Positions 13,126-24,735 of a stretch of DNA of 64,000 bases are shown here, in pieces. Source of the stretch: Fimicolochytrium jonesii (Eukaryota). The position numbers and the translations under genes were made by a program. The notes under the pieces were generated by a model. It was not told the origin of the DNA, ran no database searches, and saw nothing but the letters and a program-made list of their open reading frames with translations. The stretch lies in assembly GCF_025526975.1 (NCBI RefSeq), contig NW_026515686.1, positions 496,001 to 560,000 of the forward strand, given 5' to 3'. Every line of letters starts with the position of its first letter. Positions within the stretch are counted from its first letter, which is position 1.

Positions 13126-15250
13126 TAGTGCGTTTCGAGGAAAAATAGACACAAACTGAAACCTAAACCCCAAACGCAGTGACTATAGGAATGCCAACGC
13201 CTCGTCTGATTGCATCGAGATCTCCATGATACATGCGTTTCGCAAAGTCCCAAAGCTCCGTCAATTAACTTTCCAGCTGCAGCCCAGTTCGGAGTCCCTC
13301 TACTAAAGAAACCGAAGCGCCTTCGAAGGTCCCAGATCAGCTCCCTCCAATGCGAATCTATATGTGCTACTCAATGACTTCTTCCGACATCTGACCTGGA
13401 GTTTCAGGATCTAGAAGATTCGCTGCTACTTTAAGTTGTACTTCCAACGGGAATCTTCTGCTGGCGAATAGAAGGCTTTCAAAGTCAATATCATTGAATA
13501 CTTCGAATAATTTGAATATTACTCGCATGCTGCCAAGATAAAAATGGAGCCGTATCACCCTAGTTTGTTGTATCACATCACTATCCGCACTCAACTTCCT
13601 CCGCCTCCGGCTTCCATAACCACACTAGTAAGTCTGCAATGGCGTCCCGAAGCGTCTCCAGCCGGGTCTTTTTGTTGCCACCATAGCTCTTGGTCCAATC
13701 CACCAGATCGACGCTGGGGTCTACGTGCTTCACAAGATACTCTCCTTAAGTCAGCTGCGGATTTGCATCGCGAGCTTGGCTGTAATCGCGCAGGTGCTCG
13801 TTTGCAATACGGCCACAAACGACTGGTTTTTTCCACGAGCGAATGTTGGCCCTTACCCTCCGCTGGGAGCTGATCCAGAAGCTGCGTGTAGTTTCGGGCG
13901 GGCCGGTATTTTCGTTCTCCTTGTTGTACGCAGGTACAGTGGACTCCACTAAGATTTTTGGAAAATCCGAACAGAAAAGTCGAAGCAGAAAACGAAGTAA
14001 TGACGTTGCTGCATCACCCCACGTCTTCGTTCCTTGCAGGCCTGTTCGCTCTACGGTACCGCATATTCTCTTCGAACGAGATTTGGTGCCTGACCACCCA
14101 GATATATGTACGTGGGTACGGCGGCGACGCCTTTGCCGTTTCCAATCTGTTATCCTCGCTTCCTTCAGTTTTCAGCCGGACTGAAACGGGCGGAGGCGGG
14201 GCATCCAGCATGTGATGAGGTGAGCTTGTCGAGGCAGTCAAGGCTGGAAGCCCCGATGTGTAGAATCCGCTGGTCCTCCTAAATCTGCTCATTGAAGAAG
14301 GTTAAGCAAATTGCTATACGTGTATGCGCATGCACATGCAGGAAGAGATACCTGAGTTGATTCCCTGTCAGACAGGCTCAGATATATGCATGACCTCACC
14401 AACGTCGTGCACGTGTCGGTCGCTGGTTGACCATCACGACCATTACCAAAGGATTGCAAAGCACGCTCGCGTAGTCGAGAGCCCCAGCGAGGCAGTTGGT
14501 CCTTTCGGGAAGTCCGTAGGAGCATACCACCGGGCGTTTCGAAAGGTGTTCAGGGTTTCCGCGTCAACTGGGGAGGGGCCATGGTGTATTGAACGAGCGG
14601 AGACTTCGTCTTCGGAACTGGAGGGTAAGTACAGAGAACAGACATTCACCTGGTTCGCAGCCTTCTCTCACCTACTAAGTTTCAAACCAAAGCTGCTCGA
14701 GGTGCCGAGAAGTTTTGGCGAGGTATGTACGGTTCTTCGACTTCACAGAGGGTTTGAGAAAGAGACTTGGCCATGCTTCCCCTCAGACCTCCTTATACTC
14801 AGTAGTAGTCTCGGTAATGACCTCAGTTTGCAAATACTCCCTGCAAAAACGAAAATATAACAGGAGAGGTTGTTCGTTCATCATGAGGAGCACAATTTTC
14901 GTAGCATTTCGCGTTCATACACGTGACTTTAGATTTCAGCACTGCTACAACTCAGTTACAACTTGCTTCCTTCGAGGTTCAACAGGTGTATACATACGTA
15001 TACTGTATATATATATACCAATGCAGAGGTGGACGCGGACAGGAGGCCAATGATTAGAATGCATTGTGGAACACTTCACATTTCTAAAGTAGGTTGATTA
15101 AGACGCGGCTGTCCACACGACTACTCCCACCACCACCTCTACGGACCTTAGAGGCCGCCCTATCGCAACAACACCAACAAGAGCACGCGGACAAGGCACG
15201 CCCGATCGGTCCTATCCAATGACCTGGACCCTCCGCTAGGATGCTTCTGC

Positions 15251-15279
15251 CGACTGCGGACTGCGGACTGCGGACTGCA
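15251..15279. repeat. (GGACTGC)n 7-bp tandem repeat, ~4 copies
   Basis: cgactgcggactgcggactgcggactgca. Confidence 0.85.
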
Positions 15280-16276
15280 TGGGGATGCCGCGGCGATTGA
15301 CGATTCTCAAAGTACGATTCAGCATTGATGTGACATCCACAGGAGAGAGTCGAAGGAAGGAAACATGAGAGGACCTTCGTCGTTCAACCCTGCATCCCTC
15401 CTCGCAACCGCACAACGAGAGGGAAGTTCCATGAATTCAAAGATTTGGCATACGCAGGGATGTCGATTGATAGTGATTCATAAGAGTGGGTGTATGCGGC
15501 TGGCGAGAGACCGTACAGTCTGGTCGAGATGCCCGGGGTTTTCCGCGTCGTCCATGAAATGCGACGATCGCAGTTCCAACGAAAACGGCGCCCGGTACGA
15601 CAGTTTGGTGTATCTCTGCGGCGGTTCCTGATATTTGAAGCGCTTAAGATGCACGGCTGGGACGGTCCTTGGTAAAATAATTGAAAGGATTAATAGCGGT
15701 GAAGTTTTACATGAGTGGGGTGCGACTGGCGTGATGTTGGTGACGCCGCCGGTCTTTGGCGCATCAAGCCAAGGTCGTCTACCATCACTTCCGCCTCTCG
15801 AATGCATCCGAGAAACGAATGGCTGCGCGTGCTTAACGGACGACCTCAGCATACGTGCCAGCTGGCAGTGGAGCTACAATTCAAAACAGCACGGTATGAG
15901 CTCACCTCCCGCGGCGAGTGTCGTGCACTTTCTGAGCCCACCCGCCATTGAACAAAAGCTACGAACTCCTCGTCCAACGTCTCCCGTTAGTCACAAAGTC
16001 ATTGCTGCAGAGGCCATGTCCGCCACTGACCATCGCCCACCGACCATCAATTGTTCAGCATTACCCATCATCATCAATCATCGAACTTCAACCACAGCAT
16101 TAATCATCAACTGCGAGGAGGGTATTGCGCCTTAGATGTGCTGGCTGTATCCTTCGTCTCCAGAATCGAACCAACGCTTTGCCTTGGTGCAGACGGCGGC
16201 CCGTATTGGTGGGTTTCCCAGAGTGAAGCAATATGTTGGGTGTTGTGCGTGTGTCTGTGTGTCTGTGTGTCTGCGT

Positions 16277-16556
16277 TTCGAAGTCGACGGCGAAGAAGGA
16301 GAAGCATAGATGGATAAGAGAAAGGGACCACTCTCTCGCTCTCTCTCACACGCTCCACCTCTCACGCTCCATCTCTCTCGCGCGTGGGAAAGCATTATGA
16401 ATCTTTCCCTGGCTTTGCTCCGCGTGAAGCTCGAAGGGGTGGAAGAATGCGATTCGAAGTCGACGGCGAAAGAAGGAGAAGCGTAGATAGACATCTCTCT
16501 CTCTCCCTCGCCCGCGGGGGATATGATACGTACTTACGTGGGAAAGCATGATGACA
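16277..16556. repeat. Imperfect ~160-175-bp tandem duplication with CT microsatellite
   Basis: ttcgaagtcgacggcgaa.gaaggagaagc.tagat at ~16277 and 16453; cgtgggaaagcat at ~16383 and 16538. Confidence 0.75.
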
Positions 16557-17069
16557 AGAGCGAGGGGTTGTTGAAAGAAGGAAGGAAGGGATGAAGCGCG
16601 AACGCGTGGTGGATGATTGCGCGTCTCCCATAGAGTAGTAGTACTAATGAAGCTTATGGTATGACGCATCCTTCTTTTCACATGCCATCATCGTGGACAT
16701 GCAGCAATTAAGGAACGCGGGGGGGTATAGAAAGAAGAAAGAACGGGGGGGGAAGAAAGAAAGAAGGGAGGAACGCAATTAAGGAATTTAGGACAAACGC
16801 GTCTCCCGTAATTACAGAAGCTTTGAAGATTAGGGGGGAGGGAGACACTCTTGTTTTCGACGCGTTTGTATAGTTGGCGCGTCTGCAGTTGGCACGTCCG
16901 CGTCCATAATGCAGTGAGTGCTCTATACTGCGGTGAGTGCTCGACATGAGTGGAAATCGTCTATAAATTCAAGGTGTCCTGCCGCCCCCCACCACCCATC
17001 CTTTGTCGCAACACCTCCCACCATCCACACCCACATACACATCCACATCACCACCGTCTCCCATCAACC

Positions 17070-17688
17070 ATGCCAAAACGGCGAACAAAGGACTGCCGGC
17101 TCCTTCTGCTCGGCAGCCGAAGACTCGGTGGCGGTCTCCAAGCTAAAGAGAGACCACCGCGCTGCGGTGATGGCCGCGGAGCGAGAGATCCGGGCCCTCC
17201 GCGCCCAACTCGCGGCCGCGACGGAGGAGCTCGTCCTCCTCAGGGCCGCCGTCGGACCCTCCTCCGCCTCCTCCGCCCCCTCCGCCCCCTCGTTCGCCTC
17301 CTCCGCCTCCGCTTCCTCCTCCTCCTCCTCCGCCTCCGCCCCCGCTCCACCCACCCCCGCGCACCCCACCACCACCAACACCACCACCACCGACACCACC
17401 ACCCCCCCTCACCAGCAGCCCCACCCACTGCAGTACGCAGATGCGGCTGCACCAGCCGCCGCGGTGCTCGATGCCCGGGCGGCGTTTTTTGCGGGTGTTG
17501 GCTTTCCGGTAAGTTGAATCACTGTTCACATCGTCATCCTCTTCGAATCACAAGGATTTCTACTAACTGCATCTGTTTCCTCTCATTTCCCATAATCAGG
17601 GGGTGGGGTTGCCTGTCTTTGGGCCGCCGACGTTGGCAGAGGCGGTGACGGGGCCGTGCCCTTGGGCTCCGAGCGTGCGCCGTTGAAC
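17070..17688 (+). pseudogene. Orphan coiled-coil plus Ser/Ala/Thr low-complexity gene; apparent frameshift near the 5' end; intron 17509-17599
   Basis: TATA-like ctataaa at ~16961, ATG 17070, GTAAGT donor 17509, CTAAC branch, CAG acceptor 17599, GTGAGT donor 17689. Confidence 0.5.
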
Positions 17689-18240
17689 GTGAGTACCACG
17701 CTGAATTGTTGAGATGTTTACTTTACGCGTATGCCCACCGGCTAACATCTCTCTCCTATACCGGTTGTTTTGTTCTCCTTGTTCGCGTTCTTTTTGTATT
17801 TATATATTTATTGAATGAAAAGTGTTGCTCCCAATGTCAATGTTCACAAGTGCGCGTGATGGAGATCGAAATTTCGTCGTTGTCAAATACATACTTCCGC
17901 GCGCCATACTAACCGATCAGTGTAGTGGGCGCCTCTCCATCGCGGAGTCTATCACGGATTCTATCACGGCTTCTGTCACGGATGAATGGGTGCTGAATCG
18001 GGGACTGAGTTATTGCAGAGCATCTGGACCGCAAACTATCTATACATGAAGTGACCAGGGTGAGGAGAGCAAGGATTTCATGGACGCCTTTGTTTAGGCC
18101 AGGATACGGTGTTTGATAACGCTGATGACGCTGATGCCGTCGCTAGAGAAGACCGGTCCTGCTTGACTAAGAACCAGCCACGAGGATGAGTCCAGCCCTG
18201 TTTTTTCTTCACAACAAACACACACATCATCGCGCTCACT

Positions 18241-19387
18241 TTAGCAAATATCATCCACCGCAGCTCTTGTCAGCCGGTGTCCGACAGCTGGGGTCCGACA
18301 GGGCTCACACCAGCCTACCGGTGGCGCATGGGCGCCAATGCACACAAGAACTTCTGTATCGCCTACGAACCGTCGAACTCAAAGGTGGGGATGTCGGACT
18401 GCATGCGCATATCTCCGGACGGTTTCATCACGTTCTTTAAGCCCATCAATTTCGGGATCACCATCCCCATCACGGAAAGTGGCACCGGTTCTAGTTCGTT
18501 CATCATCGTCGACGGAAACGGCTCGCATCGGGTGGCGAGCGGCGCCGACCTTCGACGAGAGCTAGGCCTTGCCCTTGAAACGGACGTTCAGCCCTGGTCG
18601 GACGCATTGGGTACGGTTGCGGCCTCACAGCCTGCTCCCAATGCGTTTCTTGTCGGGACGGATGCGGGCGGGTACAGGGCGCTCGCAGGAGCGCCGCTCG
18701 CGATGCTCTGGGGACCAAAAAGCTGGCGATCAAGGACACCGTTGACAATGCCGATTGGACAACGGGCGGCGCACCCCTGAGCACGGCACAACGGCAGGAC
18801 AGGGACCATCGATTATCCGACGAACAGCATCGTGTTCGCGGGTTCCGACAACAAGCTGAAGGGCGTGCCCGCGCTGTTCTTTCCACCTGACAAGAACGCT
18901 GTTATCATTGGGACCAAGAAGACATTGCCGAACAACGCCGGGCTGGTTGTGCACGACGGAAAGGACGTGCGCATCTCAGGGGGCGCTATAATGCTCGACG
19001 CGACGCGAACAGCATGTCCACCTGGCGGGTAGGCCCGAGCCAGTACAGGGATGCAATCACAATCACCGGACCGACGAACGTGGCCGTAGCGGCCTTTACT
19101 GAAGATGATGGCTTACTGAACTGCCTCCGGGTAGAGGGCCTATGTGTCGTCAGTGAGGTCCAGTGTGCAGCCGCGGTGTGTTTGGCGGAAACATCCTGGT
19201 CTCCGGTTACATCAACTCACAGCGCGAAATTCGACTACTGGACAAGGAGACACTGGAGACACAACATCCGTGGCCTCCCGAGTTATATATGATGCGTTGC
19301 GAGCCGAAACAGGTTTTTCTTTCACCGCCGAAAGATGGACACGGACACCCAGCAGACACCCAGCAGTCTCGGGGCGAGTCCTCGTAA
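18241..19387 (+). pseudogene. Frameshifted, intronless phage/virus-type tail-fibre-like protein remnant
   Basis: Across frameshifts: IPITESGTG, LRRELGLALETDVQPWSDAL and ARDALGTKKLAIKDTVDNADWTTGGAPLS..NG.TG resemble fibre repeats of the type ARTxLGLAIGTDVQAY and LGLGxLATxxTVNNADWSGxxLxVANGGTG. Confidence 0.65.
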
Positions 19388-21509
19388 CGTCGAAACAGGG
19401 ATTGGCAAGAGGGATCTTCCTTAGCCATAAAGGAACTAGAAAAGGGGGTAAGAGTGCGTTTCTCAGTCTCTCGAACATCCATAAGTTGCGCCCAGCACCG
19501 AACGAAAATAACTAGCGCTCGCCCCTGCCTTTTCCCTACACTTCCTTCTTTTCCCACTCAACGTTATGCACGCCGCGTTCATCCCATAGCAAGACTGTCA
19601 GTTCGAACTCTTTTGATAGCTCATGTCAGTGCCAGCTCCACGCATACCAGTCGTACGCAGCCGCACCTCTCCACACATGGACAGCCACACGAAACCACAA
19701 CTCATGCCCGATATCAGATGTGCTTGAAAACGCTCGCAGTGCCATCCTTGTTCCGGGGGAGGGTGAGATTGCACCGAAGATGGGCAGACGGGGGAGGGAA
19801 GCCGAGCAAATGTTGATTCGGAGAGTGAAGAGAGTGATGGGGAGGAGGGTGGGATGAGGTTCGTGAATGTAGGTGGGGAGAGGGCGGGGAAAGGGAGGCA
19901 GGTGTTGGGGCTTAATGCATCTCGGAGTCCGAGCACAACAATGGTAGGGGACCGGCATCGATTGAAGCTATCGAAATCCTCTCCTCACGACCGACCACAT
20001 ATTGCGGCATCACAGACTGACAACGTAAATAAGCCCAGTCACAGCGCGCACATCTTCCTCCCCGGGACCACCCACCCACCTCAATCACCAACACGCAATC
20101 CTATCGCACGCGCAGAGCGACCCCTGTGCCCCCACTCCTGAGACGTTGACAAATGACCATCGACCCAGGGCGTCGCTGCACGTTCTTCGGATACGTTACC
20201 AGCCTGCGCAACCGGACTTGCACGCGATATCCCCACCGAGGGAGCATTGGTCAGTACAAGCATCATCACCGCTCTCCTCAGAGTACTACTTTCTCCGAGC
20301 CCCTCCCAAACCCTGAATCACCACCACCCACCAAACCCCCACGACCCATTCAGCCCCGCGACCATCACCCCGTCCTCGACACCCTCACCGACTACTTCGA
20401 CGCCATGCGCGTGCACTCATCGTGGCAGTCAATGTCCCGGATGAATGGCGAGAGCCGGCACTAGAAGTTAACACAGACAAATCGGTAGTGTGAGGACAGA
20501 GACGCTGAATCCGAGGAATCCGCGGATTTGGGACGCCGGGGAGGAGTTTGGGGGCTGGAAAGGTATGTATGCCGTGTTTATAGTATGGTGGCGGTGGATC
20601 TCATGATGTTATGATGGGGATTTCTTCCTAGACTTCGTAAACGTCCACCGCCGCCAAAATCTGGTCTTGGTTCAAAAACATCATTCCACGGTCATGTAAA
20701 ATCGACAAGGGCATTTCTGAACCTGGGCTTTTGGTCTTTCACAGAACAGTGATAGTTTGGATACGTGGGTTTCCCCCATCAGAACATCCCTGCAAGCTTG
20801 CTTAGTTGTCAACCTGGCAAACCCATCTGTCCATTACATATCCTTCCGTAGAAGCGACAGACAAAGGGTCCGAAGTAGATGCATTTCAACTGATCAAAAG
20901 TGCGAAAGGATTCCCGAACAGCCCAGAGTTGTTGATTGTAATTTGAAGTGTATAATGTAAACCGTTCTCCAAACTAGGCTGAGCTCCGCTGAAGACGAGC
21001 TGCATTACGTTCGCCACACTGCGAGCGAATGCTGTAGGCAGCTGAAGTGCATAGACCACGATAGGACCCAGACTATGGATACTACATCGAGTGCTCCGCC
21101 TTGGGGAGGAGCTTGAGGAAGGTCCGCAGAACGGGATGATTCCTCTCCAAATCGACCACGACCCATCTATTGCAGATCAAAAGGTCATCGTTAGTCAAGC
21201 CCAATCGCGAAAGTTGGGCAAAACACCTCAAAACCTACATACCTGCACTAAAGATTTCTGCCCGAGCACCACGAGCCGAAGAAACCAGCAACTTTTAACT
21301 CCTCCTCAAGCACATTTAAGAAGGCGTCGAAAACGACTACTCACCTGCGGCGCCTGGAAGCCTGCAGCGGAACGATGAGGGGTGAATCAAGGTATGTACC
21401 TCCTATAGGAAGAACATTGTTGCTGAGGCTCCAGTTGCTGGTCTCCGCTCTGAGTGACATGTCAAACCTTTTCATCCACAGGAACAGCTCGGCCATACAG
21501 AGGTGCTGA

Positions 21510-21610
21510 TCTCCAGCCGTTCGAAGCCGCGCGAGAGATGAGGTACTACACGTCCAAATATTGCGCTCCTTCTCCGCCGCACGTAGCACGAAGGACTTGG
21601 CGCTTGCTTC
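21510..21610 (-). repeat. Inverted dispersed copy of 29991-30080
   Basis: Reverse complement reads agcaagcgccaagt...ctacgtgcggcggag...gcgcaatatttggacgtgtagtacctcatctct. Confidence 0.9.
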
Positions 21611-21960
21611 TAATCGCTGGCCTTGGATCCCTTTCTAACCGCATTCGCTCCAACTACAAAGTCCGGGAGAGTCAGAACCGCCGTTGAGCCAGTGGGTAAA
21701 GGACGTTGTGGAGACCGCATCGTCAATGTGGTTCCGGGAAAATGAACATGAACGAACGGGACGCCTATGACCTATCATGATATTCCATCACGTTTGAGCG
21801 GATAGCAGCCAGCTTGTATCTTTTCACAATTGGAAGTATGAAGAATCCCAAGAATTTCAAGAACTCAGAATTGGACGGAGAAAAGATATTTTATTGCGAA
21901 TGTATATGTAGGTTTAGATATATCAATACAATGTAAGAGCACTACAACATAGACGTCTTG

Positions 21961-22120
21961 CTGGACCATTGGTTTCCCCAGCGAAAGCCGAGTACTCACA
22001 GGAACCGCCGCGAGAAGGCTGTCCAGAGGGTTCCCGCCTACAAAAGAGAAAAGAACAAGATGAGCGGATCACACATCGAAGAGCGTTATACCTCTAGATT
22101 CGGATTCCGGCGATAGCGAG
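21961..22120 (-). repeat. Dispersed repeat (second copy at 35884-36050) carrying a minus-strand micro-exon and intron
   Basis: ctggaccattggtt...gccgagtactcacagg...ccgcg.gaaggctgt.cag...gggttcccg.ctacaaaa occurs in both copies. Confidence 0.85.
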
Positions 22121-22931
22121 CGACGTGGGGACTAAGAGACTAAGAGACGAAGAAAAGGAAAATATGAGCCGATGATCAGAGCAGGACGTGCGACGTTGAT
22201 TTTTAGCTCGAAATCGGAGGTACTTATCTGAAGGGAAGATAGCCAGAACCGCACGCAATTCAGAAGCAACTCGCTCAAACCATACAACTTACGTCGTGAA
22301 AGATTGTGTTACCACGAACCTGACACGGTTTCGGTCGATTCAACCAAGTCCTTACTCTCCTACGGTCCCCGAAGGCAGAACCATTGACCCTGCCACCCGG
22401 AGGTGACTAGGTGGCAGAGAGCTGCACCCACCGCAAGTGCTCGGGCGTAACAAATCGACCCCCAGGGGACCCCTACTAGGTAGGGCACGGACCCAATGCC
22501 GTGTTGATTGGATGCTTGGGAGAGAGCGAGTTGGATGAGGAAAAAGGTGAGAAGGGAACGGCGAGCGAGGCCTCTTTTATAGACGATTTTGGACTCGCGA
22601 CTGCACCTTGCGCAGCGCCTGGCGAGATTTGGACGCGCGTTTCCTGGCCCAGGTCTGCATCGTGCACTCGGAATTGGTAATCCGCGGATTCCGACGAATC
22701 TCTTTGTCTTTCTTTCATCACCATGTCCCTTACCTCTTATCGCGCTACGGTAGGCTGTGCCTTCGCTGTGTCTAGGCCTCGTCCGCGGAGAGGGGCCATG
22801 CGAATCACCTAGGGGCTGCTTCTTTTTCTTACGAAATTGGACAACGGTGTTTTGCTCGAAGCGCGGCATGACATGGTGAATCACCCAAGTCTGACTTGGT
22901 TTTTTTTCCCAGGGGATTTCGTGACGCGCAA

Positions 22932-23182
22932 GCTCACTTATTGGTGCAAGTAAATATGAATCATTCTGGGATGTGGGCCACGTAAACCGTCCCTCGAAAG
23001 TCCTTCCCTGGATGCAAAACGGTGTGCTCACTTATTGGTGCAAGTAAATATGAATCATTCTGGGATGTGGGCCACGTAAACCGCCCCTCGAAAGTCCTTC
23101 CCTGGATGCAAATGAATCATTCTGGCATGTGGCCGACGTAAACCGCCCCTCGAAAGTCCTTCCCTGGATGCAAAACGTGTGT
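22932..23182. repeat. 94-bp tandem repeat, ~2.7 copies
   Basis: Units start at 22932 and 23026; partial third unit from ~23112. Confidence 0.95.
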
Positions 23183-23353
23183 CGAGCCTCGTTCGGACAT
23201 GAGATCTCATATGGACCATTGAATGTGTTTCACGCCAAGATTGCTTCAGAGCAGTATCGAGCATAGTCCCAATGAAATCATGTTGTGGCATAATAATTCC
23301 TGCCACTAATGAGTAGGTATGCGTTTTGAACGTGTTGAGCATCTTGGGTTGGA

Positions 23354-24735
23354 ATGTCTAGATCGTGGGTGGGAAGACCCTCAACGCGTAGAAGGATTGA
23401 TGCTAGGGGTGAAGCGGAAATGACGGCTGCGCAGAAAAACGCGCCCGTCAATGTTGACTCATCAAGGGGACCACGCAAAGTCACGTGTTTTATTTCAAAA
23501 TGTGAGCTGCGGGTCTTTTTTGCCAGCAGCACTTTGACACTCGACTTCCTGCCCGACGCCAATCACAGGAAGGGCTGGGAGACGTCTTTCCTAGACCCCG
23601 AAAACAACCCCAAAGTCGTCCTTGAAGTCGAAGTGAGAGTTCCTACGTCCCACTCTGAAAGGACCTGCAAATGGGAGGCGTTCAACTCGCTGCGACAAGC
23701 GAAAGCTGGGGGACTGAGCGGACAGCATGTAGAGCAAGGTTTATGGCCAGTGCCGTACACTCTCATTCGGAAGAGCGACAGGCGCTCTGCAAGGCGAAGA
23801 GGGAGAAGGAAGCGGCGAAGGATGTGAAAGTCGCGGACGCCCTTTCCAATTGCAACACCCCAGCATCCCCGATACGAGCACCTCCGTCAATGCCATCCGT
23901 CAAGCTCGCACCTGTTGATTAAGGACGATATGAGAGCGGCGAGGCTGCTGCAAAGGGTACTCGCCAAATTGTCAAAACAGACACACACAACGAACCCAGC
24001 ATGGAGCATGGCAGCGAAGTTTCCTTCCCGCAGACGCAGCAACTTCCGGAAGGTTTTAGGAGCAAGGCGTCTTCAAATTAACTGCCCACTCTTTGATGTG
24101 CAGGATCCTGCTGCCCTGGAAACGCTCAAAGCCAGGGATTTGGTAAATTCCGCTGGGTAGCCTCACACATCTTTGCAATTCGCCCGACTGACACGATCTA
24201 CGGCATTCAGGATGTTCGAATGGCGTCATTGGCTCCATGGAAATCCGCAGCTCATAACAAACAATGCTTGAACCAGGACAGTCGCCCCGAGTCAATCCCG
24301 CTGTTGGATGGGAATACTGTCGGGAATGTAAGTTCTTGGGGACGGCATACATGCGGCGCTGGCGTATACCTTCTGAACTTTCCATTCTGCAGACCAAATT
24401 GTTTCAAGTCGTCCAGATGGGACTCTTTGGATACAATGAGCTGGATGCCGTTTCCACCTCCCAAGAACGGTTTGTATGCCACTTTTTTTGGCTTTTTGTG
24501 CAACATAACATGCACACTCCCACGCCGATTGCCCTTCAAGCACGGTGTTCGAGAGGCTAGCTTTGCAGCAACGACGACTATAGCAACAGGAAGGCCGGCA
24601 GCAGCAAAGGAAGAGTCGAGGAAATCTTGGAAGCGGGAACGTGAGGCAGCAAACAAGTGGCAGAGGGAGCGCGGACTACGACAACAGCAGCAACCCCCGG
24701 TCCCCGGAACTGGGGTGTTTGAGTTCTGCAGCTAG
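23354..24735 (+). pseudogene. Unclassified degenerate coding remnant (chain of co-linear ORF fragments)
   Basis: ORFs 23354-23827, 23915-24160 and 24220/24264-24735 look protein-like, but no family was recognised. Confidence 0.3.

Noticed and set aside
17143..17529. Gly-rich and Arg/Trp-rich minus-strand ORFs
   Set aside because: Products of the low-complexity (CCT/CCG/ACC)n tract of the plus-strand gene.
24264..24560. Tc1/IS630 DDE transposase fragment (SPRVNP resembles SPDLNPIE)
   Set aside because: The catalytic Glu and upstream Asp motifs are absent, and there are no TIRs around the region.
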